Shown here one piece after another: positions 38,630 through 48,656 of a stretch of 64,000 bases of DNA. The stretch is from Spirochaetes bacterium GWB1_36_13 (lineage in GTDB: Bacteria > Spirochaetota > GWB1-36-13), in the NCBI GenBank assembly GCA_001829155.1, contig MIAO01000061.1, positions 31,714 through 95,713 on the forward strand, written 5' to 3'. A program made the translations under genes and the position numbers. A model generated the notes under the pieces. That model did no database searches. It was not told where the DNA came from and worked only from the letters and a program-made list of their open reading frames with translations. How positions within the stretch are numbered: the stretch's first letter is position 1; every line of letters begins with the position of its first letter.

Positions 38630-39814
38630 TTATTGTAAAAATTCATTCCACTCAGTGTCAGCAGAAAACTCAATTCCGGAATACCCCCCAAGGTACTGAT
38701 TACTGTTAATTCCTATGCTTCTATATTCTGTTTTTCCGTTTCTCCATCCCTGAATCACAACCTGGTTTAAACTTGCAATTAGGGTTTCCTTGTAGGGATA
38801 AGATGATTGTTTAATGAATTCATAAAAATCTTTAAACGAGTTATCTAAAGTAGGAATAGAATCAGAGGTAAAAAGTGTTTTTTGAGCTGTTTTATTGGCG
38901 GAATTATTGCTCCATGTGATGAAATCTTGTAAACTTCCCTGACTGGATGAGCTTATATCAAGATTATTTAAATCATAAACATTTAAAGAAACATTACTGG
39001 TTTGACTATAGGTCTCCTGATAGGATAAAACGGCGGTAAGGGTATAGTCCAAAGGTCGCCGGTAAGAGTCTTTGAATCGGGTCAGAAATTTTTTATAATT
39101 CCATCCAGTGCCGGGAACCAGGTTTGGGGAAGCAATAAAAAGAGAAGTGAGTCCGTTTTTCTTAAAAGACCAGAGTGTTTCAAGTGTTCCTTGAATACAG
39201 GCATCAAATGCGACAACAGTTAAATTTTTTGTACTTAAAGTTTGAGCGATTAAATCATTTGCCAGATATCCGCTGGAAAGCCCATTGTCTGTGTCATCGT
39301 CCATTCCTTTGACCGTGCTTTTATAGCCATCCGCATGTCCCCAAAGGATTAAAGCATAATAATCAGTTGGATAGTTTGTTTTCCCAAAATCGACGAAATC
39401 TGAAAGAGTAGAAGCGGAAAGCATATTGACTTCTGTATTGGAAATATTTTGAACAATATTATAACCGCCGATGGTTGCAGTCAGGTATTCTGAAACAATA
39501 TCGGAAGTATTGTTTGGGTCGTATTTGATTTTTAACAGTTTGGTATAAGCTCCTGATCGATCCCATAACACGATGATGTTGATTTCATCTTCCAAATCAA
39601 CTCCTTCCAATTCGTTAATATCGAAATAGGTATAATCATGAAGGCTGTTGTCTCCATTCATATAAACCATAATTGTCCATGTTTTTTTCTGATATTTTCC
39701 GCTGGTAAATGCATCTGAATAAAAAGTTTTATCCTGAGATGTCTGCATACAGCCTGTAAAAAGAAAAAAAAGTGAAAAGATGAAACTATATTTTTTTAAA
39801 GATTTATTGAACAT
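38630..39814 (-). CDS. Clostripain-like (C11 family) cysteine peptidase lipoprotein
   Basis: Lipobox LFTGC. IMVYMNGDNSL, a His in ILWGHADGY, and a Cys in VVAFDACIQG fit the C11 His/Cys dyad context. Confidence 0.5.
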   Translation of the reverse strand: MFNKSLKKYSFIFSLFFLFTGCMQTSQDKTFYSDAFTSGKYQKKTWTIMVYMNGDNSLHDYTYFDINELEGVDLEDEINIIVLWDRSGAYTKLLKIKYDPNNTSDIVSEYLTATIGGYNIVQNISNTEVNMLSASTLSDFVDFGKTNYPTDYYALILWGHADGYKSTVKGMDDDTDNGLSSGYLANDLIAQTLSTKNLTVVAFDACIQGTLETLWSFKKNGLTSLFIASPNLVPGTGWNYKKFLTRFKDSYRRPLDYTLTAVLSYQETYSQTSNVSLNVYDLNNLDISSSSQGSLQDFITWSNNSANKTAQKTLFTSDSIPTLDNSFKDFYEFIKQSSYPYKETLIASLNQVVIQGWRNGKTEYRSIGINSNQYLGGYSGIEFSADTEWNEFLQ

Positions 39815-39929
39815 TTTATTCCTCCGAAAAAATTTCTCACTTTTCAGTACAATTTTTAGTGAGATATTTATTAAATTTAACTTAAAATAATAAACAATCT
39901 AATTTTTTTTAATAGAAAGGAGAAGAATC

Positions 39930-40904
39930 ATGACAGAGGATATTCAGAAGTTAAACGAAAAAGTTTCAGAAAAAAAAGCCGTCATTTCTTCGATTAAAAG
40001 TGAAATAGCACGAATCATTGTAGGACAGGATTATATGGTCGAGAGAATCCTGATTGGTCTTTTCACGGATGGGCATATTCTATTGGAAGGAGTTCCAGGG
40101 CTTGCTAAAACTCTTTCAGTGGAAACGACTGCAAAAGTGATCGGGAGTTCTTTTAAAAGGATTCAGTTTACCCCGGATCTTCTTCCGGCAGACATACTGG
40201 GAACCGAAGTTTATTACCAGAAAACAGGCGAATTTGTCACCAAAAAAGGACCTGTTTTTCATAATGTCATTTTGGCAGATGAAATCAACCGCGCTCCTGC
40301 GAAAGTGCAGTCTGCGCTTTTAGAAGCGATGCAGGAAAAACAAGTTACTTTGGGAAGCCAGACTTATTATCTTGAAAAACCTTTTATTGTTTTAGCTACC
40401 CAAAATCCTCTTGAACAAGAAGGCACCTATCCGCTTCCAGAGGCTCAGCAGGATCGTTTTATGATGAAATTAAAGGTTCAATATCCAAAAAAGGAAGAAG
40501 AAAAGCAAATTTTGAACCGGCTGACCGAAGGGGTTAAAATTGAAAACATTCCGTTGAAAAAAATAATCGGCAATAAAGATATTCTTGAAATCCGTGAAAT
40601 TGTCAGAAGTATTTATATAGATGATAATTTAAAAAATTATATTTTGGATATTGTTTTTAAAACGCGTGAAAAATCAGATTATATCCAATATGGTGTTTCT
40701 CCGAGAGCTTCTTTAAATCTTGTCATGGCATCCAAGGGAAAAGCTTTTATCGAGGGGCGGGGATATGTGGTTCCGGATGATATTAAAGCCGTAGTTTACG
40801 ATATTTTAAGACACAGGCTTTTACTCAGCTATGAAGCTGAAGCTGAAGGCATGAGTGTGGAAGAAGTGATTGCCGGTATTCTTGAGAAAATCAAGCTGAT
40901 TTAA
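39930..40904 (+). CDS. moxR: MoxR-family AAA+ ATPase
   Basis: Walker A GVPGLAKT, Walker B ILADEINRA, sensor motifs. ~324 aa, typical MoxR size. Confidence 0.85.
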   Translation: MTEDIQKLNEKVSEKKAVISSIKSEIARIIVGQDYMVERILIGLFTDGHILLEGVPGLAKTLSVETTAKVIGSSFKRIQFTPDLLPADILGTEVYYQKTGEFVTKKGPVFHNVILADEINRAPAKVQSALLEAMQEKQVTLGSQTYYLEKPFIVLATQNPLEQEGTYPLPEAQQDRFMMKLKVQYPKKEEEKQILNRLTEGVKIENIPLKKIIGNKDILEIREIVRSIYIDDNLKNYILDIVFKTREKSDYIQYGVSPRASLNLVMASKGKAFIEGRGYVVPDDIKAVVYDILRHRLLLSYEAEAEGMSVEEVIAGILEKIKLI

Positions 40905-40936
40905 CTCGAAATTATTAAGAAAAAGGAAAAAATGAC

Positions 40937-41752
40937 ATGCTTCCAAAAGAGATGATTCAAAAAATAAGAAAGATTGAAATTCAATCCAACCAGCTTGTTG
41001 AAGAAGTCTTTTCAGGAAAATATCATTCCCTTTTTAAGGGAAATGGTCTTGAATTCCAGGATATCAGAGAATACGCCTTTGGGGATGATATCAGGAGCAT
41101 CGACTGGAAAGTAACGGCAAAATATTCTAAACCTTATATTAAACAATACAAGGAAGAGAGAGAGCTCAATCTTTTTCTTCTGATCGATATGTCTTCCTCC
41201 ACATTTTTTGGGCGGAAAAAAGAGTTTATATCCGAGATAGCGGCTACTTTGGCATTTTCAGCTGTCAAAAACAATGACAAGGTCGGCGCTGTGATTTTTA
41301 CGGATAAGGTAGAAAAATTGATACCGTCCAAAAAAGGAAAAAAGCACGCTCTTTCAATTATCGCATCGATTCTGAATACTGAACCGCAAAGTAAGAAAAC
41401 CGATATTCAAGAAGTGCTTCGTTTTTTTAAAACTTTTGAAAAAAAGCGGAGCATCGTCTTTCTGATATCTGATTTTTTTGATAAAGACTATGAAAAAGAA
41501 GCGGCTGTAACGGCTCAAAAACATGATCTGATTTTAATCCGAGTGATGGAAAAAGCGGAACAAAAACTCCCTAAGGGCGCTATTTTCAGTTTCCAGGATA
41601 TGGAAACAGGAGAGGAAATTGTTTTAGATAACCTGAAAAATGAAATCCCTTTGAAGCTGGATTTGAAGTTTAAAAACTTTATCGAAATTGAAACTGAACA
41701 AGATTTTGTCAAACCTCTTTCGATTTTTTTCAAGCGCAGGAGAAGAAAATGA
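40937..41752 (+). CDS. DUF58-family protein (vWA-like, MoxR partner)
   Basis: FRGNGLEFQDIREYAFGDDIRSIDWK is the DUF58 signature. Follows moxR. Confidence 0.7.
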   Translation: MLPKEMIQKIRKIEIQSNQLVEEVFSGKYHSLFKGNGLEFQDIREYAFGDDIRSIDWKVTAKYSKPYIKQYKEERELNLFLLIDMSSSTFFGRKKEFISEIAATLAFSAVKNNDKVGAVIFTDKVEKLIPSKKGKKHALSIIASILNTEPQSKKTDIQEVLRFFKTFEKKRSIVFLISDFFDKDYEKEAAVTAQKHDLILIRVMEKAEQKLPKGAIFSFQDMETGEEIVLDNLKNEIPLKLDLKFKNFIEIETEQDFVKPLSIFFKRRRRK

Positions 41753-42501
41753 AATTTTTCTTTTTTGTTTTGTTTTGTTTCTTTTCATTTTCTTTATGGG
41801 CGGGAGAAAAAGATTTTTATATCGGAGATCAGATAAAGTTGATTGTTTGTTCCAATAGCTTGACTAAAAGTGTTTTATCTGAAAAATTGAAAGATTTTAA
41901 TGTGGATAAAATTGAAAGACAAGAGGCAGGCTGCTGGCTCGTTTATTTCAGGAGTTTTGAGACTGGGAAAAAAGAGATCGAGATCGGAGATAAAAAAATT
42001 ATTTTTGAAATTAAATCAGTTTTAAATGAATTTGAAAGAAAAGATATTTTTGATATTCAAGATGATATTGAAAATGCGGTTGAAAAACCGGATTTTCCTT
42101 TTCCTTTGACGATTTTGACCGCCTTTTTGATTGTTTTTACAGCGGTTTTTATTCTAAAAAGAAAAAAGTTAAAAAAGGAATCTTTAAAAACAGCGATAGA
42201 TTTTTTCAATGAGGTAATTCATAAAATACAGCCCGAATCTTTTTTTGAGGATTTAACTCTTGCGTTTAAAATTTATGTAGAGAAAAAATTTAATGTCAGA
42301 ATCCTTGGAAAAACATCACTTGAAATTATCGGGGAAGCAAAGAAAATTGAACAGCTCAAGGAAAGCAGGGAAAAATTGAAAAAATGGCTTGATTTTCTTG
42401 ATCTTTGTAAATATGCCCGTTATAAAGCATCAAAAGAGCAGATGGAAGAACGAATTGAAGATTTAAAAGCTTTTGTCAATGAATGGGAAAGGGGGGCATA
42501 A
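41749..42501 (+). CDS. Hypothetical membrane protein of the Bat operon
   Basis: Signal peptide plus one internal TM helix. 4-bp overlap with the upstream gene. Position between the DUF58 gene and batA. Confidence 0.45.
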   Translation: MKFFFFVLFCFFSFSLWAGEKDFYIGDQIKLIVCSNSLTKSVLSEKLKDFNVDKIERQEAGCWLVYFRSFETGKKEIEIGDKKIIFEIKSVLNEFERKDIFDIQDDIENAVEKPDFPFPLTILTAFLIVFTAVFILKRKKLKKESLKTAIDFFNEVIHKIQPESFFEDLTLAFKIYVEKKFNVRILGKTSLEIIGEAKKIEQLKESREKLKKWLDFLDLCKYARYKASKEQMEERIEDLKAFVNEWERGA

Positions 42502-43473
42502 ATGTTCCAATTTCTGAATTGGTATTTTTTATTTTTAATCCCGATTTTTCTGATTTTGTTTTTTAGAAAAAAAAAGGAAAAAAGTATTTTATTTTCCAGC
42601 CTGGCGCTGATAAAAAAAATGGGATATAAAAAAACTTATAAACATAAAATAGAAAGGGTTTTTATTTTTCTCGGGATTTCTTTTTTATTGATAGCTCTGG
42701 CTCGCCCGCAGTCTTTAAAGAAAAATCAAAACCGTGAAAGATACGGTGTGGATATTCTGCTTTCTTTAGATGTTTCAGGAAGCATGGAATCGATTGATTT
42801 TAAGCCGAATAGGTTGGAAGCAGCAAAAAAAGTAATTCAAAACTTCATCACTAAAAGATCGGATGACCGAATCGGTCTGGTGATTTTTTCAGGAACAGCC
42901 TATACAAAAATACCGCTTACTTTAGATTACCAAGTGATAAAAAAAACAGTTGAGCAGGTTTCCACAAACGATGTCAATAAAGAAGGAACTGCTATCGGAA
43001 TGGGAATTGCGGTTGCTTTAAACAGGCTTAATAAAAGAGAAACCAAGACTAAAATTATTATTCTGGTAACGGACGGAGACAACAATACCGGGATGATTAC
43101 TCCTGAAACAGCGATGGAACTGGCTAAAGAAATGAAGGTTAAAATATATACGGTAGGAGTGGGAAGCGATCAGACTGTTATTCCGGTTCAAAATGCTTTT
43201 GGAGGAATTTCCTATCAGAGGATCCAAGGCGGATTAAACGAAGAACTTTTGAAAAAAACAGCTTCTTTAACGGGCGGAAAATATTACCGGGCAGTGGATG
43301 AAGCCAAACTGAAAGAAATTTTTGATGAAATTGACCGTCTGGAACGGAGTAAAATTGAAGTTAAAGATTTTTTTAATTTTGAAGAACATTTTTACAAATG
43401 GATCTGGGCAGGGCTTATTTTTTTAATTTTAGGCATTCTGCTCAAAGAACTGATATTTATAAAAATTCCTTAA
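42502..43473 (+). CDS. batA: BatA-like vWA-domain membrane protein
   Basis: Two N-terminal TM helices. vWA MIDAS (DVSGSM). C-terminal TM. Confidence 0.75.
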   Translation: MFQFLNWYFLFLIPIFLILFFRKKKEKSILFSSLALIKKMGYKKTYKHKIERVFIFLGISFLLIALARPQSLKKNQNRERYGVDILLSLDVSGSMESIDFKPNRLEAAKKVIQNFITKRSDDRIGLVIFSGTAYTKIPLTLDYQVIKKTVEQVSTNDVNKEGTAIGMGIAVALNRLNKRETKTKIIILVTDGDNNTGMITPETAMELAKEMKVKIYTVGVGSDQTVIPVQNAFGGISYQRIQGGLNEELLKKTASLTGGKYYRAVDEAKLKEIFDEIDRLERSKIEVKDFFNFEEHFYKWIWAGLIFLILGILLKELIFIKIP

Positions 43474-43482
43474 GGAAAACGG

Positions 43483-44445
43483 ATGGAATGGGGTAATTTA
43501 AAAGACAGCATTGCTTTTGCCGGTATCTTGGCGGCAATCTTTTTATTTATTTTTGGTTTTAAAAAAAGAAAAGAAATTATTGAAATGATTCGTTTTAAAG
43601 TGGATGTCCATAATCAGTTTTTTAAAAAAACTCTTATGGTCAGCGGGCTTTTTTTTATAACGCTGTCTTTATTAGATCCAAAAATTTTAACCGGCTTTAT
43701 TCCAATCAAGGAAAAAGGTCTGGATATTTACTTCCTGATTGATGTTTCCAAAAGCATGCTTTCTGAAGATGTGAAACCGAACCGTCTGGAAAGGGTCAAG
43801 CAAAGTATTTTAGAGCTTCTGGATCTGCTTCCCGGAGACAGGGTGGGTTTGATTCCCTTTGCCTCCGACGCTTATATTCAGCTGCCTCTGACAGATGATT
43901 ATGAAATGGTTAAGATGTTTTTAGATTCAGTGGATACCGAAATGATGGGCGGCGGCGGAACCAATATCGCAAAAGCGCTGGAAATCTCAAAAGACTCTTT
44001 TGAAAATGCGGGAAACGGAGAGAGGGTTTTGATTTTATTCAGCGATGGAGAAGAACATAATGAGGAAGCTTTGAAAGCGGCGAAAAAACTCTCTAAAATC
44101 AGAATTTATACTCTCGGTGTTGGAAGTTTGGAAGGGAGTTTGATACCGGAACTGGATCGAAACGGGAACAAAATCGGGTTTAAAAAAGATTCTGAAGGAA
44201 ATTATATTACTTCGAAAATCAATTTAAAGCTTTTAAATGATTTGGCCTTGTCTGCTTCGGGAAGGTCTTATACTCTTTCTCTGGCAGGAAATGAGATTCA
44301 TTTGCTATATGATGAGCTGGAATTTTTAAAAAGAGGGGAAAAGAAAGAAAGCCAGTCTAAAGATTATTTCAGGCTTTATCAGTTTTTTCTGGGTTTTGGA
44401 ATTTTATTATTTTTACTCGGGTATTTTTATGAAAGCAAGTCTTAA
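43483..44445 (+). CDS. batB: BatB-like vWA-domain membrane protein
   Basis: N-terminal TMs. vWA MIDAS (DVSKSM...GGGGTNI). C-terminal TM. Confidence 0.75.
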   Translation: MEWGNLKDSIAFAGILAAIFLFIFGFKKRKEIIEMIRFKVDVHNQFFKKTLMVSGLFFITLSLLDPKILTGFIPIKEKGLDIYFLIDVSKSMLSEDVKPNRLERVKQSILELLDLLPGDRVGLIPFASDAYIQLPLTDDYEMVKMFLDSVDTEMMGGGGTNIAKALEISKDSFENAGNGERVLILFSDGEEHNEEALKAAKKLSKIRIYTLGVGSLEGSLIPELDRNGNKIGFKKDSEGNYITSKINLKLLNDLALSASGRSYTLSLAGNEIHLLYDELEFLKRGEKKESQSKDYFRLYQFFLGFGILLFLLGYFYESKS

Positions 44446-45292
44446 AATAGTGATTTTTTCAGGTATTTTTTTATTGAGCGCCTGTATGACAGATTCTGAA
44501 AAACTCTATCAGGCGATGAAAAGCGGAAATAATGCTTTTGAGGCAAAAAATTATCAGGGCGCAATAAAAGAATACAGTGATGGTCTGGAAGACAATAAAG
44601 AAAATACTGCTTTGATGTACAATATTGCATCTTCATATTATATGGCAAAAGATTATCAGAAAGCAGCTTCCTGGTATCAAAAAGTGATCTCTGCGAAAGG
44701 TTTGAAAGGTGCCGGAGATTCATTGAAAAGGGCAGGGGATGAAGAAAAAAAGCCTGAAGACAAAATTAATAAATATAAAGAAGCTCTTTCTTATTATCAA
44801 AAAGCCATTGTTTTGGATGAGAATGACAAGAAAATTAAATTTAATTATGAATGGGTGAAAAAACTGGTTGAAGACTTGGAAAAAAACAATCAGAACCAGC
44901 AAAATCAGGACCAAAAAGACAATAAAGAAAAAGATCAAAATAAGGAAAATCAGAAAAACGATCAAAAAAACAATCAGGATCAGAATAAAAATCAGGAAGA
45001 TAATAAAAAAGAAAATCAAGAGCAGAAAGATCAAAATAAAGAAAATCAGAAAAATGATCAGCAAAAAAACAATCAAAATCAAGAGAATGGTGAAGAGAAG
45101 AACCAGCAGGAAAATCAAGATGAGAAAAAAGAAGAGCAGGGAAAGCAGACTCAGGATGAAAAAGAAATGGATAAGAAAAAAGCTGAAGCTCTTCAAATTC
45201 TTGAAAGTTTGAAACAGAATGAAAAAGATGATTTAAAAAACAATGTAAAAATAATACGAAAACAAAAAAATCCGGAAGGAAAAGACTGGTAA
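44429..45292 (+). CDS. batC: BatC-like TPR lipoprotein with N/Q/K/E-rich low-complexity C-terminal region
   Basis: Start at the internal ATG, giving MKASLKIVIFSGIFLLSAC with a lipobox. TPR-like repeats, then ~100 aa of N/Q/D/K/E low complexity. Confidence 0.6.
   Translation: MKASLKIVIFSGIFLLSACMTDSEKLYQAMKSGNNAFEAKNYQGAIKEYSDGLEDNKENTALMYNIASSYYMAKDYQKAASWYQKVISAKGLKGAGDSLKRAGDEEKKPEDKINKYKEALSYYQKAIVLDENDKKIKFNYEWVKKLVEDLEKNNQNQQNQDQKDNKEKDQNKENQKNDQKNNQDQNKNQEDNKKENQEQKDQNKENQKNDQQKNNQNQENGEEKNQQENQDEKKEEQGKQTQDEKEMDKKKAEALQILESLKQNEKDDLKNNVKIIRKQKNPEGKDW
44886..45135 (+). repeat. Imperfect tandem repeat / low-complexity DNA inside batC
   Basis: A ~50-bp unit AAAGATCAAAATAA(G/A)GAAAATCAGAAAAA(C/T)GATCA...AACAATCA occurs at ~44930 and ~45026, with related AAAATCAGGA units between. 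It encodes the NQ/KE-rich segment. Confidence 0.5.
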
Positions 45293-45295
45293 GAG

Positions 45296-46942
45296 GTGAA
45301 AATGAAAAAATTATTTTTAATTTTTCTTATTTTAAATACAGGAGTTTTTGCTAAAAATGTAACCGTTACCCTTCAATCCGAAATGAAGGAAATGACTTTA
45401 AAAGATACTTTTACGCTGACTTTAAGCGTAGAAAATTTAGAAGATATTGATGATATAAAAATAGACGGAATAGAAAATTTTAGAATTTTAACGAGAAATA
45501 CTTCAACTCAAATCCGCTCCTTTAATTTTAACATGGTGAGTGTCCGGGAATATAACTTTATTGTGCTGCCCAAAAAAAAGGGAGAGTTTTTCTTGAAAGG
45601 GACTGTAGTTTCAAACGGGAAAAAGATTTACAGTAATAATTTAAAAATTCTTGTCAAAGACGGCACAGGAAATAGTTATCAACAGGGGAGTTCTGGCAAA
45701 GAACTTTATATTGAAACCCAGTTTAGAAAAACAAAACTTTATTTTGGAGAAAAAACCGTTCTTACCTATGATCTTTATTCCCGTCTCAGAGTAGAAAATA
45801 TCGGGTTGGAAGATGAGATTAAGTTTGACAATTTTATATCCAAGCAGGTGGATTCAAGAAGTTTTAAAGGTCAGTATGTGACTTTGAACGGAGTTCAATA
45901 CGCTAAATATGAGCTTGGGCACTATATTCTTCAGGCAGTGAAAACAGGCAGATTTAAACTTCCTTCTTATCAGTTTCAAGTCAATGCTTTAGTGGATGAA
46001 GGTTTTTTTGGAACATCAAAACCTTTTTTTCCGGCCACACAGGAAAAGGAAATTGAGATTCTTCCTGCTTTGGATGAGAAAGGGAATATTTTTAAAGGAA
46101 TTATAGGAAAAATTAAAATAGAAAAAGAACTTTCCAAGCTTTCAATTCAATATGGAGAGTCGGTCACTTTAAAAATTCATATTCAGGGGAACGCAAATCT
46201 TGATGGAATTTCAAAACTGATTGATAAAACCATAGATGGATTTAAAATTTATGAATATGAAAAAAATAAATCTGAAAGTATTCAGAGTGGAAACTACTCG
46301 GCTGAAAAATCATTTGAAATTATCATTATTCCTGAAAAAAACGGGGAAGTAGCGTTTCCGTCCCTGTCTATTCCTTATTTTGATACAGAAAAAGGAAAAG
46401 TGGAAACAGCAGTTATTCCTTCTTTCAAAATTGAAGTAAAGGGAAAAAGCGAGGAGAGTAAAAATTCTTCTTTGGGAGAAAAGACAGTCGTAATGCTTGA
46501 AAAACCACTCAAAGCCGCTGACTCTGATGAAAAAGGATACTGGATTGTAAAACTTCCGAAAAAATTAACTCTGATCATTTTAATTGTAATTATTCTAGGA
46601 AGTGTTTTATGGTATTTTATTTTTCAATATCAATTGATTCAGAAATTTTATAAAAGTAAAAAAATAAAAAATATAGAGATTGAAATTAAGAAAGGGAGTT
46701 CTCCTGAGCAGGTTTATTTTGTTTTGGAACTGATGCTGAAAGAATTTTATAACATTACCTTGAAAACTCTGGATAAAAAAGAGATTGAAAATCAATTTAT
46801 CGAACACCCTGAAATCATGAATCAAATTTTAACTCTGATTGATTATATTGAAAAAAAGAAATATGGGTTTGTTGAAACAGAAATAAATCTTTCTTTCAAA
46901 CTCAATCAGCTTTTTGAATTATTAAAATCAGGAAAGAAATAA
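45296..46942 (+). CDS. batD: BatD-like protein (signal peptide, large periplasmic region, C-terminal TM)
   Basis: 548 aa. Signal peptide. A TM near the C-terminus (LTLIILIVIILGSVLWYFIF). Last gene of the Bat operon. Confidence 0.6.
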   Translation: MKMKKLFLIFLILNTGVFAKNVTVTLQSEMKEMTLKDTFTLTLSVENLEDIDDIKIDGIENFRILTRNTSTQIRSFNFNMVSVREYNFIVLPKKKGEFFLKGTVVSNGKKIYSNNLKILVKDGTGNSYQQGSSGKELYIETQFRKTKLYFGEKTVLTYDLYSRLRVENIGLEDEIKFDNFISKQVDSRSFKGQYVTLNGVQYAKYELGHYILQAVKTGRFKLPSYQFQVNALVDEGFFGTSKPFFPATQEKEIEILPALDEKGNIFKGIIGKIKIEKELSKLSIQYGESVTLKIHIQGNANLDGISKLIDKTIDGFKIYEYEKNKSESIQSGNYSAEKSFEIIIIPEKNGEVAFPSLSIPYFDTEKGKVETAVIPSFKIEVKGKSEESKNSSLGEKTVVMLEKPLKAADSDEKGYWIVKLPKKLTLIILIVIILGSVLWYFIFQYQLIQKFYKSKKIKNIEIEIKKGSSPEQVYFVLELMLKEFYNITLKTLDKKEIENQFIEHPEIMNQILTLIDYIEKKKYGFVETEINLSFKLNQLFELLKSGKK

Positions 46943-47007
46943 TTTTTTTGCTGTATTTTTTTTGATAACTTTTTTAGATAAAGTAAAGATTTATTATATT
47001 TTATACC

Positions 47008-47802
47008 ATGTTGTTCAATAAAAAATTAAAAAAACTATTTTTTATTTTTTTTCTGGTATCAGGAGTTCAATTTTCTTTTGCTCAAAATATTGAGCAGCCA
47101 GAATCTATAATAGACACTTTTGATATTTCTAAAAATTTAAAAATTATTTATTATGATTTTGAGCAGAGTGTAGAAAAAATTAAAACAACTGCTCAAACTC
47201 CGGCTTCATTGTTTTTAAAAATGCTGTTGACAAAACGGTTTTATAATGTAAAAATTGTTTCTACACCTGAAACTCTTTTTGAAAATCAAAAACTTTTGAA
47301 AAACAAAGAAAATAAAATGGAAAATAATCTTTCTTTTCCGCTGGCTTCTTATCTGGTTTTGATTTCTAAAAAGAAAACTGCTTCAGAAAATAGTGAATTT
47401 ATTCCCATCCATGGCAATCCGGTTAAAATTGTCAGTTCTGGAAAAAAATTAAAGGTAGTCGTTGTTTTAAAAGGCTCGGATTCAATTACTCCAGAACAGG
47501 ATGTGGAATCGTATGCGATTGTTTATCTTGATAAAAATAAAATCGGAATTACAGAGCAGAAACTTCTTTCCCAGCCGAAAACCCTTGAATTTGAAGTAAG
47601 CTATGAAAAACACCTTTTGAAATTGGAAATTTATATTCAAAATAATTATAGAAAAGCCTGGACCCGGCTCAAAAATATTGAACAGCCGCCTCAAAAATAC
47701 TTTGTGCCTCAGGAAGGAGTGGATGTGCTTTATCTTTTAATCACCTATTCTCCGGATGATAAATTAAATCGCTATACCTTTGAAGGGAGTTTTAATAAAT
47801 AA
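47008..47802 (+). CDS. Hypothetical secreted protein
   Basis: Signal peptide LFFIFFLVSGVQFSFA. No motif recognised. Confidence 0.4.
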   Translation: MLFNKKLKKLFFIFFLVSGVQFSFAQNIEQPESIIDTFDISKNLKIIYYDFEQSVEKIKTTAQTPASLFLKMLLTKRFYNVKIVSTPETLFENQKLLKNKENKMENNLSFPLASYLVLISKKKTASENSEFIPIHGNPVKIVSSGKKLKVVVVLKGSDSITPEQDVESYAIVYLDKNKIGITEQKLLSQPKTLEFEVSYEKHLLKLEIYIQNNYRKAWTRLKNIEQPPQKYFVPQEGVDVLYLLITYSPDDKLNRYTFEGSFNK

Positions 47803-47807
47803 TTTTA

Positions 47808-48656
47808 TTGCAAAAAAGCAAGGAGCAGGAATTGGACAGGAATGGTTTAGAAAAACAATGTCTTGAAGTCAGAAGACTGATTGTTAAAAGTGTTTATGAG
47901 GCAGGTTCGGGGCATCCCGGAGGTTCTTTATCAGGAGTAGAGCTTCTTACCACTCTTTTTGAAAATTTTTTAAAATTTGATCCGAAAAATCCAAAATCAG
48001 ACTCCAGAGATTATTTTATTCTTTCAAAAGGACACTGTGCTCCTCTTCTTTATTCTATCATGGCTTTCAAAGGCTATTTCCCGGTGGAGGAACTGAAAAC
48101 ACTCAGAAAACTGGGTTCAAGGCTTCAGGGGCATCCTGATGCTTTAAAACTGCCCGGCATTGAAGTTTCAACAGGTTCTTTAGGACAGGGGTTCGGAGTA
48201 GCGGCAGGAATTGCGCTTTCTTTGAAAATAGACAAAAAAGTAAATAAAGTCTATGCTCTTTTGGGAGACGGGGAACTTCAGGAAGGAACTGTTTGGGAAA
48301 CTGCCATGGCGGCAAGCCATTTTAAACTGGATAATTTCTGTGCTGTGATTGACTCCAATAAATTTCAGATCGATGGAAGCGTTGAAACTGTAATGGGCGT
48401 TGAACCGATTAAACAGAAATTTGAGAGTTTTGGCTGGGAATGCGTTCAAATCAACGGTCATGATTTAAAACAAGTAGATGAAGCCTATCAGGCTTTTTTA
48501 AGCCATAAAAGCGGGAAACCTTTTTTAATTGTCGCGGATACACTGAAGGGAAAGGGAGTCTCCTTTATGGAAAATACCGAGAAATTTCATGGAAAAGCGC
48601 CAAGCCCGGAAGAATTTGAAAAAGCTATGATTGAATTGGGAGAAAAAGCATTATGA
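47808..48656 (+). CDS. tktA: Transketolase, N-terminal (TPP-binding) subunit
   Basis: GSGHPGGSLS and GDGELQEG TPP motifs. An alternative TTG start at 47835 has an AAGGAG RBS. Confidence 0.85.
   Translation: MQKSKEQELDRNGLEKQCLEVRRLIVKSVYEAGSGHPGGSLSGVELLTTLFENFLKFDPKNPKSDSRDYFILSKGHCAPLLYSIMAFKGYFPVEELKTLRKLGSRLQGHPDALKLPGIEVSTGSLGQGFGVAAGIALSLKIDKKVNKVYALLGDGELQEGTVWETAMAASHFKLDNFCAVIDSNKFQIDGSVETVMGVEPIKQKFESFGWECVQINGHDLKQVDEAYQAFLSHKSGKPFLIVADTLKGKGVSFMENTEKFHGKAPSPEEFEKAMIELGEKAL

Noticed and set aside
44720-45212. Two antisense/alternate-frame ORFs (158 aa on the minus strand, 114 aa on the plus strand) inside batC
   Set aside because: They arise from the A/T-rich tandem-repeat DNA. 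The products are pure poly-I/L/F or poly-K/R low complexity. The sense-frame BatC reading is the coherent one.
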